64,000 nucleotides of DNA from Octopus bimaculoides (lineage: Eukaryota), in the NCBI RefSeq assembly GCF_001194135.2, contig NC_068992.1, forward strand, positions 12,367,047-12,431,046, read 5' to 3'. Positions 54,363-64,000 of the stretch are shown one piece after another. Below the pieces are notes generated by a model. It made no database searches, was not told the origin of the DNA, and saw nothing but the letters and a program-made list of their open reading frames with translations. Made by a program: the position numbers and the translations under genes. Each line of letters opens with the position of its first letter. Positions within the stretch are counted from its first letter, which is position 1.

Positions 54363-55476
54363 TCGTGTGTGTGTGTGTGTGCAATCCCGACACGTTGCGG
54401 GCTTGAAATATAATGCCTTCTCCCTTAGTTTTTTGTAATCTTTCTTCTCTAGATATATTTGTTTGTAAATATATAAAAAATCTATATGTTCATACATGAA
54501 TATTCAAGTCTATATTTTTCTTTCTCCCATTCAGTGATGGTCTCGCTGGGTGAAGTTTCGAAGTCATGTTCGATACTATTCTTGTTATGAAAGAACAANN
54601 NNNNNNNNNNNNNNNNNNNNNNNNNNNNNNNNNNNNNNNNNNNNNNNNNNNNNNNNNNNNNNNNNNNNNNNNNNNNNNNNNNNNNNNNNNNNNNNNNNNN
54701 NNNNNNNNNNNNNNNNNNNNNNNNNNNNNNNNNNNNNNNNNNNNNNNNNNNNNNNNNNNNNNNNNNNNNNNNNNNNNNNNNNNNNNNNNNNNNNNNNNNN
54801 NNNNNNNNNNNNNNNNNNNNNNNNNNNNNNNNNNNNNNNNNNNNNNNNNNNNNNNNNNNNNNNNNNNNNNNNNNNNNNNNNNNNNNNNNNNNNNNNNNNN
54901 NNNNNNNNNNNNNNNNNNNNNNNNNNNNNNNNNNNNNNNNNNNNNNNNNNNNNNNNNNNNNNNNNNNNNNNNNNNNNNNNNNNNNNNNNNNNNNNNNNNN
55001 NNNNNNNNNNNNNNNNNNNNNNNNNNNNNNNNNNNNNNNNNNNTATATATATATATATATATATATAAATAAACATACATATATATATATATTTATATTT
55101 ATTTATTTATATTTATATACATATATATACATTCGAATTCTAGAATGTCTTTCCTACTATCCTCCAAAATGCATTTGGAATGAACTCTCTACGATCCGTT
55201 TAAAATCTGCGCAACATACGAGAGGGGAATTTTCATGAAATTATATGCAGCGTTATTGAAAGTTAAGGAGAAACAAAACCGGAAAGCCCAATCGTACATC
55301 TATTTTAACGCCGAAATGTGCAGGATAAAGAAATATCTTACACTATCTGATTCTCGGTGTCCAACGTTATTGTGAGGTTTCGCAGTTTATGGAATCTTTA
55401 TGGACATAAAAGTTTTTATTCACGATCCAAGACCACAAAAGTATTCTGAAGTTTTGTTGTCTGATATTGGTTGCAG

Positions 55477-55580
55477 AGAAATTTATTACGTCTAATGCTG
55501 CAAGCATAACTCTCACCTGCAACAGATGTGGGAATAAAGATTATCAGAGATTTTTCCTAACCAGAAATACTGAAGATAGT
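55477..55580 (+). CDS. Candidate internal exon (104 nt, phase 1-0), product unknown
   Basis: ttttgttgtctgatattggttgcAG|...gatagt|GTAAGT; only one frame is open: KFITSNAASITLTCNRCGNKDYQRFFLTRNTEDS. Confidence 0.22.
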
Positions 55581-56479
55581 GTAAGTCAAAATTCTGCACA
55601 GACATTAAAAACGAAGCAACTTTATAGCAGCTGATGTTTGCAGGGAATCATAAGTCATAGTTCTTGAAATGTCTGAAGCTATCGACACCTAGAATCCAAG
55701 AAGTGACTGGGAAGTTGAGTGCACCATACTCTAGCGAGAATTTAAAACTCTTATCTTGTGAGAGTGGAAAAAAGAGATTAAGAAACTTGGAAGTGAAAAT
55801 AAAACCAAGAAACATGCAAGAAACTAAAAACAAAATTGACTAACTTGTAGAAAAGTCGAACAAAAAAATGTAAAAATATTAAGCATTCACTAGATGTACC
55901 GCATAACATTGATATATCGTCAGACAATAAATGTTGGCATAAGAGTGCTTCCGAATGGAATGAAGGAAGTGGAATGGTAGAATGTTGATTTTGGACGAGA
56001 TGGAATAAATTTTGTTGTACACTTGTCGAATAAATTGCAGATAAAAACCATACGATAATTTTATGATCAATTATATGTGAAAATATTTAAAGGAAATATT
56101 CCTGCACTATTTCGAAACCAAAGTTGGTCAGAGAAACCAATTTAGAGAGCTGTTCTTTCGCAACGAAATTGGTAAATTTTCAACCGTACGTGTGTCTTGC
56201 AATCAGTCTGTTTTCTCCTTGAAGTGTTTTATTCCATTAATAATTCTATGTTAATTAATATACAAAGTTGAAATGTCATGCATATAAACATTGCGTAAAT
56301 CTTACTCGTTATTTTATAGTGTCCATCCAAACGATCTGTAAAACCCTACGCAAAGCAGTCCATTGTATAAATGAAAGGATCTGAGAGACTGCTGAAACAA
56401 AATGCATTCTTCTTTTTATTATTATTATCATCATAATTCATTATCATGCTCATTATTATTAGTATTATAATTGCTGTAG

Positions 56480-56521
56480 TTGTTGTTTTTGTTGTTGATG
56501 ATAATGATGATGATGATGATT

Positions 56522-56556
<35 letters not shown>

Positions 56557-56575
56557 ATGATGATGATGATGATGA

Positions 56576-56628
<53 letters not shown>

Positions 56629-56665
56629 GATGATGATGATGATGATGATGATGATAATGATGATG

Positions 56666-56697
<32 letters not shown>

Positions 56698-56725
56698 CAT
56701 GATCATGATCATGATGATGATGATG
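56480..56725. repeat. (GAT)n microsatellite with GGT/CAT variants
   Basis: Directly visible. Confidence 0.98.
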
Positions 56726-57414
56726 TAACTGATTAAGTTCTCTTCTGTATTTTGTTATTTGGTTTCAACGTAATCTTGCCGTTTTGTTGTTTGTGGCCGA
56801 TAATAAGGGTTGGGTATGCTGCACACGGAACGCTGAACACTCCACTTTCAACAGACGATAGCGATACACGCCATTAAACGTCGTATAATGTTTTAGAAAA
56901 TTTAGTGTTTTGTCCTGGAGTGGTATTTTCTCTGGTAATAAGAAAAAATAATAAGATTAATAAATAGAGTATCAATAAAAATTAAAAAAAGGAAAAGTGA
57001 ATATGAAATGGAGGGAGACGAGAATTAATGAAGAAAAATCAGAAGACGGAAATAAGAGAAATATAAAAGATTTATTTCAAATAATTCTTCTGGAAAAATA
57101 CTTTTCTTACCAATTGGGATGAGCAATAAAACTGTTTCTAGGAAAAATAGATCCGTTCTTATGCTTGCGTTCTCTCTCAGTTTCTGGTTTGCCCATTTAC
57201 ATCTTTTACACACACAATACACACGAATACACAGATATGCACACATACTAATACATATTCGTATTTATATATGTATGCTTTCTGTGCGTGTGTGTGCATA
57301 TGTGCTTCTCTGTGTGTATGTGCATATAAACGTGCGAGTCCACACTCACAAACACAGGCGCAGGTACATACATACATACATAGAAAAAGACAAACTAAGA
57401 CACACACACACACA

Positions 57415-57459
<45 letters not shown>

Positions 57460-57469
57460 CTTTTATCTC

Positions 57470-57700
57470 GTATCAGTCACTACACTGCGGCCATTCTGGG
57501 ATATCAACTTGAAAGATTTTTAGTTCAATAAATCGACTGCAATACTTTGCTTTTAAGCCTGGTACTCGTTCTATCGGACTTTTATTTTTTTTACCGAACT
57601 TCAATATCACGGAAACTTAAGCACATCAATACCAGCTCTCAAGTACTGGAGAGTCAAACACAAACACGAAGACACATACACACAAGCATATATATATTTG
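57470..57700 (-). mobile_element. 3' half of the microsatellite-containing SINE
   Basis: Reverse complement ends ...cccagaatggccgcagtgtagtgactgatacgagataaaa, the same tail as the 61459-61735 copy. Confidence 0.75.
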
Positions 57701-58144
57701 CATGTATNNNNNNNNNNNNNNNNNNNNNNNNNNNNNNNNNNNNNNNNNNNNNNNNNNNNNNNNNNNNNNNNNNNNNNNNNNNNNNNNNNNNNNNNNNNNN
57801 NNNNNNNNNNNNNNNNNNNNNNNNNNNNNNNNNNNNNNNNNNNNNNNNNNNNNNNNNNNNNNNNNNNNNNNNNNNNNNNNNNNNNNNNNNNNNNNNNNNN
57901 NNNNNNNNNNNNNNNNNNNNNNNNNNNNNNNNNNNNNNNNNNNNNNNNNNNNNNNNNNNNNNNNNNNNNNNNNNNNNNNNNNNNNNNNNNNNNNNNNNNN
58001 NNNNNNNNNNNNNNNNNNNNNNNNNNNNNNNNNNNNNNNNNNNNNNNNNNNNNNNNNNNNNNNNNNNNNNNNNNNNNNNNNNNNNNNNNNNNNNNNNNNN
58101 NNNNNNNNNNNNNNNNNNNNNNNNNNNNNNNNNNNNNNNNNNNN

Positions 58145-58178
<34 letters not shown>

Positions 58179-58204
58179 AGGCCAATTCTCTATTTTTTTA
58201 GGAG

Positions 58205-58598
58205 GAGATAGCCAATGCAAGACACACACCGGGCATTCCATTCATTTCCCAGCTCAAAGAGGCGAGCCCCGTTCTATGCTCTCCAAGCTTTCCTATCATT
58301 TATAAACTCTCTTGCCTCTTTCACTCCAACACCACTAACCACCAAATCTTCCCTCGTTACATCCATCCATAGAAACCGAGATCTGCCCCTGTTTCTGCTG
58401 CCTACCACTTCTGCCTTCATCACCTTCCTTACCATCCGATCCTCATCCATCCTCTCCATGTAGCCAAACCACCTCAACATTCGTCTATTCATTTTGGTTG
58501 TTAGTTTTTTCTCAATCCTGCTCGCCTTCGCACTTCCTCATTCCTCATCCTGTCTATCCGTGTCATGCCAACCATAGACCTCAAACATCTCATCTCAC

Positions 58599-58600
<2 letters not shown>
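58205..58600 (-). mobile_element. 5'-truncated RTE-clade LINE 3' end
   Basis: EMRCLRSMVGMTRIDRMRNEEVRRRAG...MLRWFGYMERMDEDRMVRKV...RNRGRSRFLWMD...DRKAWR, a typical RTE C-terminus. Confidence 0.9.
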
Positions 58601-58645
<45 letters not shown>

Positions 58646-58698
58646 NNNNNNNNNNNNNNNNNNNNNNNNNNNNNNNNNNNNNNNNNNNNNNNNNNNNN

Positions 58699-58719
<21 letters not shown>

Positions 58720-58733
<14 letters not shown>

Positions 58734-58865
58734 AGGGATTTTTTCAATTTCTGACGACAAAACCCACTGACAAGGCTTTACTCAGATCGAGGCTGTAACA
58801 GAAGACAGCTACCTAATATGCCACGTAGTGGAACCGAACCTGAAGTCTGGTTTCATGCCAAACAA
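58720..58865 (-). mobile_element. 5' half of the microsatellite-containing SINE
   Basis: cccactgacaaggctttactcagatcgaggctgtaacagaagacagctacctaatatgccacgtagtggaaccgaacc is the reverse complement of the family head. Confidence 0.7.
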
Positions 58866-59571
58866 CTGATGTTAAACGTAGCATGGATCTGGCTCTCGAC
58901 TGGGTCAATTTGGATTATAAAATATGTGCCAGTTAAATATTGTGTTCAATGTAATCAATTTGTACGCCCTAGAAAAATTCTTTATTTTTTACCAAGCTTA
59001 AAATGTATCATTAAAAAATATCATTACATGTTTAACAAGTTTTAATCAGAAACGGTTTACCATATGAAAATATACTTTATTGATACGGTTGGTATAAAAG
59101 TTGCCATGTATTTTGAAAATCATTGAACTCACAACGCAGGGAGACGTAACGAAACGCCATTAAGAATTTTGTAACACACTAACAATTACAATGTTTTTCG
59201 ATGTATATTTACCATGATAATAACTAAAATTCTTTAATTGAAAATTAGTGATATATCATACAACGTTCTGATAAATGAAACTAAACTATGCAAATTTCTA
59301 ATTACTATTGCTAATCAGACAATATTTATGTGGTTATAAAGTAAATTAAATTATGTTTTTAATTTCGTGTTTGTTGCGTAAATTTACTAAGTTCTGTAAG
59401 TGAAGAACGTTTTCATTATATATATGATAATCAGAACATTACTTCCAAGTTACACACACACACACACATACACACACACATACACACACACACACACACA
59501 CTTGTATATGTGCACGCTCATAGATTCATATTGACTCATACAAGTATACATACCTAGATACGTGTATCTAG

Positions 59572-59620
<49 letters not shown>

Positions 59621-59817
59621 GAGATGGAGAGAGTGTATGTGTGTGTTTTGTATTCATAATTAGAGTGTGCAAGAGTGAAGCACATATCAATCAGTGTGCA
59701 TTAGAGTTTCAATAATTAATATGTAGGTGTGAATAGGAATGTTTTCTTCTGATTCAACGTATTTGTTGCTGAAGTAAGTAAAATTTCAATTAAAGTATTA
59801 TTAGTATTTGTTATGTA

Positions 59818-59859
<42 letters not shown>

Positions 59860-59972
59860 AGCCGCACACACATGTACACGCAAGCACACACGCATATATA
59901 TATAGAGAGAGATGGATTGATAGATAGATAGATACATACATACAAACATATGCACAAATGGATATACATATG

Positions 59973-60022
<50 letters not shown>

Positions 60023-61458
60023 CTCACACATGGACACAAACACATATACANNNNNNNNNNNNNNNNNNNNNNNNNNNNNNNNNNNNNNNNNNNNNNNNNN
60101 NNNNNNNNNNNNNNNNNNNNNNNNNNNNNNNNNNNNNNNNNNNNNNNNNNNNNNNNNNNNNNNNNNNNNNNNNNNNNNNNNNNNNNNNNNNNNNNNNNNN
60201 NNNNNNNNNNNNNNNNNNNNNNNNNNNNNNNNNNNNNNNNNNNNNNNNNNNNNNNNNNNNNNNNNNNNNNNNNNNNNNNNNNNNNNNNNNNNNNNNNNNN
60301 NNNNNNNNNNNNNNNNNNNNNNNNNNNNNNNNNNNNNNNNNNNNNNNNNNNNNNNNNNNNNNNNNNNNNNNNNNNNNNNNNNNNNNNNNNNNNNNNNNNN
60401 NNNNNNNNNNNNNNNNNNNNNNNNNNNNNNNNNNNNNNNNNNNNNNNNNNNNNNNNNNNNNNNNNNNNNNNNNNNNNNNNNNNNNNNNNNNNNNNNNNNN
60501 NNNNNNNNNNNNNNNNNNNNNNNNNNNNNNNNNNNNNNNNNNNNNNNNNNNNNNNNNNNNNNNNNNNNNNNNNNNNNNNNNNNNNNNNNNNNNNNNNNNN
60601 NNNNNNNNNNNNNNNNNNNNNNNNNNNNNNNNNNNNNNNNNNNNNNNNNNNNNNNNNNNNNNNNNNNNNNNNNNNNNNNNNNNNNNNNNNNNNNNNNNNN
60701 NNNNNNNNNNNNNNNNNNNNNNNNNNNNNNNNNNNNNNNNNNNNNNNNNNNNNNNNNNNNATATATATATATATATATATACAAAGTTTTAAATTTAAGA
60801 GAGAGATTTGACGCTAATATCCATTATTATATTGGTAACGATTACATGGTTTTCTATGAACAATTATATATATATGCGTACTCACATATCTGTGTATGCT
60901 TGTCTCTGTGTGTTCCATTTTATGCTTTCTTTCCACAGTACCAGCCGGCATTAACATCTTTTCGCATAAATACACGATTTGCGATATATTTACCTAAATC
61001 TCTTTATGTTGTTAGATCAAATTCACCAGCGTCCACTTAAAGCCTTCATTTAGGGTTCATTATATAAATCAGAATCACTTAATATAATCGATATCTGCTG
61101 GAGGTTAGAAATTCAGGATTGACTTGTTGAATATAACTGGGTACAATAAAAAACTTCTGAGAGAGTACGGGGCGGAAATTTTGTGATATTTTAAAGGGAA
61201 TTCTGAGGAGCCGACATGAATAAGTAGCATTATTTAAGAAAGTCGATTTTCTCTATAAACACACTCCCTTTGTATTCTGGTTCCATGCCCAATATATGAA
61301 ACGATTATCAATTCTATCATGCTTCAATTCCTTAAGATATATTAATATGTACTTCCTTTCTTGAATTTTTTGATAATGAGCTTAAAGTCCACATATAACA
61401 ACTTGTCCTCTCACTTTAGTAAGTCTATATTACACTAGACCGCTTCAATGATCATACA

Positions 61459-61735
61459 GGCGCAGGCGTGGCTCTGTGGTAAGAAGCTTGCTTCCCAACT
61501 ACGTGTGTGTGCGTGTGTGTGTATCTATGTATATATGTATATTTATGTGCGTGAGCCTTTTTGTCTCTGTTCGTTCTGCCGCCATTGCTTGACACCCAGT
61601 ATTTGCAGTTCGGCAAAAGAGACTATTAGGATAAACACCGGGCTTTAAAAGCCGGTTGATTCGACTAAAATTTGAAGGCACTGCCCCAGCATGACGGCAT
61701 TCTAGTGACCGAAGCAAGTTAAATATGAAAAAAGA
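61459..61735 (+). mobile_element. Microsatellite-containing SINE, internally deleted
   Basis: Head ggcgcaggcgtggctctgtggtaagaagcttgc, internal (TG)/(TA) tract, tail aaggcactgccccagcatg...gtgaccgaagcaagttaaa. Confidence 0.8.
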
Positions 61736-62009
61736 CATACACACATACACATATTGAATTTATACATATAAAGTTACACACTTTTCAGCAATTGAGTGAT
61801 TCGCCCTATATGTATGTATATNNNNNNNNNNNNNNNNNNNNNNNNNNNNNNNNNNNNNNNNNNNNNNNNNNNNNNNNNNNNNNNNNNNNNNNNNNNNNNN
61901 NNNNNNNNNNNNNNNNATATATATATATATATATAATAAATCTCTGAACGAGGTATAAACAGTAGTTGCACGATAACGTGAAGCATATTTGCCACTTGAA
62001 TGTGGCTAA

Positions 62010-62220
62010 CCACTAAGGGTGGGTGCTACTGTGGCTTGTAGCCCCAGGAAGACACCTCCTCCAGCTGGCTATTGACACACATTCTGTGACCTATTAGTAT
62101 TTGCAAAGGGAAGCCATCCTACCCATTTTCGACCTGACGTGATACGCACGGACCCGGGTTTCTAGGTATTTACCTGTCGTCAGCAAACCTAGACAGAGGG
62201 GTCGTGTTGGTTTTCAAGTG
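62010..62220. repeat. Unclassified GC-richer island, probably an interspersed repeat
   Basis: Sharp compositional island (gggtgggtgctactgtggcttgtagccccagg...). The repeat call is from recollection only; there is no second copy in this window. Confidence 0.35.
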
Positions 62221-63299
62221 AAAAAAGTAGATAGATAAGAACGTGTAGTCAGAAAAATAAAAAAAATGTCTCCCCTCCTATCTTTGTCAAAATAGTAATT
62301 TCGCCTATTTTATTCCTGCATGTAAACAAAATTCTTCAATCATACAACATTTAAACCTAAACCAACCCGAAATAATTGAACCATTTCCGCATCTCCAATT
62401 CTGTGTAGGTAGAAACTTTTTACAACGGAAATATCTAATTAAGAAAATAAATGTTTAGAAAGATGTCTAATTAATACGTCAATTTCAGCGCTTGATAATC
62501 TAATAGGAAGAGTGATCCTTAAATTCTAAGACAATCATTAAAAATCGATAAGTAGATACGTAATAGAAAAGCAATGCTCGTACAAAATTTACCACTGTTA
62601 ACGATTTAAACAATATAATATTAGATCTATCTCATTCGCTATTTCATCCCAGTACTTTCAAATACTTGAGAAATGTTTGACAATTTTAAAGGAGTGAAGC
62701 AGAAAAATGCTTGATCATATTATTGAATAGTATCCACATCATCTTTTATTACAAATGGGAGGGATTCAATACAACATATTTGCCAATTGTTTGTTTTCAT
62801 TGGTTTATAACCGGATTGTCGATTTTACTATCCTCAAAATCGCTTAGAAATGTTCCCTACTCTAGGTAGATGACAGACTGTACAGATTAAGTTAAATGTT
62901 CTTATTTCAGGCAAGAAGAATAGAGGAATACAATGGTTCTGTTCATTTAAACGTTGAAGCTGTAGGAATGTTGTGATAACAATTATATCAAATAGTTTAT
63001 TCCATAGCGAGATTTGCACTACATTAATGAAACAAAACTCACACAAAAAAAGAAGATTAACTTAGTCAGAAACAATATAACAGTTAAATATCATGATGGA
63101 AACAATAGGTAAATGTTCCCATGAAAACAAATTATTACTTGATTGATTGACCGGAAATGATTATGAAAGCAACCATAATGTAGTACTAGGAGAAAATTCA
63201 AAGGATATTGCTCTATTCATGAAAAAAATATCAGTTAATATTAATAAGAGTTATAATTTCACGATTCGTTCATGAGATTTGAATATAGTAGTGTCGAAA

Positions 63300-63377
63300 G
63301 GAAGAGCTATATATATGTATATATATCTACATAAACATATACATACGTATATATGTATACNNNNNNNNNNTATATAC

Positions 63378-63408
<31 letters not shown>

Positions 63409-63630
63409 AGTGTGTGTGTCTGTGTGTCTGTGTCTCTGTGTGTGCGTGTGCGTGCGTGTGTGTGTGTACAAACATACATATATATACATACATACAAACA
63501 CATATGAATATATGCATATTTAGATATATATGTATATATATCTACATAAACATATACATACGTATATATGTATACATACACTCACACACACTCACATAAA
63601 CACCCCTACACACACTCACACACACGCACA
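63300..63630. repeat. (TA)n/(TG)n compound microsatellite with a gap-flanking duplicate
   Basis: Directly visible. Confidence 0.9.
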
Positions 63631-63714
63631 TACTTATACTCGAAGTATTGAGTACAGTTTAGTTTATTCGTAACATTACACTGTTCACAATAGCACTAGA
63701 AAATATATTATATA

Positions 63715-63900
63715 CACACGGAATCTTCAATCTCATAGCATCTTCTTTGATCTGGATGTTGTTTACTCCACTGGTGTAATGTCTTTGTTGATGAAAGTGT
63801 TGTCGATATCATTGAATAATGAATACTGTCATCCTGTGACTATATTTTCCATATTTTTTTGTAACATGGACTCATTCTGCACACCTGTTCGCATAACAAT
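63715..63900 (-). mobile_element. Degenerate mariner fragment
   Basis: Minus strand: ENIVTG*QYSLFNDIDN...SRSKKML, cf. IVTGDEKWxLYDN...PKKxML. Confidence 0.55.
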
Positions 63901-64000
63901 AATATTTGTGTCTTCCAACTACTTATTTCTTCTCGTTCTCATTTAAAACCTTTCCATTCTGCAAAGACACACACGGGCGAACATACAGTCGCAAATAGAT

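Overview
AT-rich eukaryotic draft-assembly DNA with about 30 N-gaps, nearly all flanked by microsatellites. The SINE families and microsatellite load resemble an octopus/coleoid cephalopod genome (inference from recalled repeat families, not a search). I found no intact gene, RNA gene, CRISPR array or prokaryotic system. Almost all of the supplied ORF track is translated microsatellite or N-run. What can be decoded is a set of degenerate mobile elements: four mariner (DD34D-type) remnants, a DD37D maT remnant, a Tc1 5' end, Tigger/pogo-like TIRs, five R4/Dong-clade (RLE) non-LTR fragments, two CR1 fragments, three RTE fragments, Penelope-like pieces and about 15 tRNA-type SINE copies from at least three families. 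The best-supported observations are R4/Dong-like fragments sitting at (AAT)n tracts and a CR1 3' end that shares its tail with an abundant SINE. A disrupted Cys-rich coding remnant at about 33.2-33.9 kb and a few candidate exons are weaker. Element boundaries are approximate (about 20-50 bp) unless a TIR or tail is quoted.
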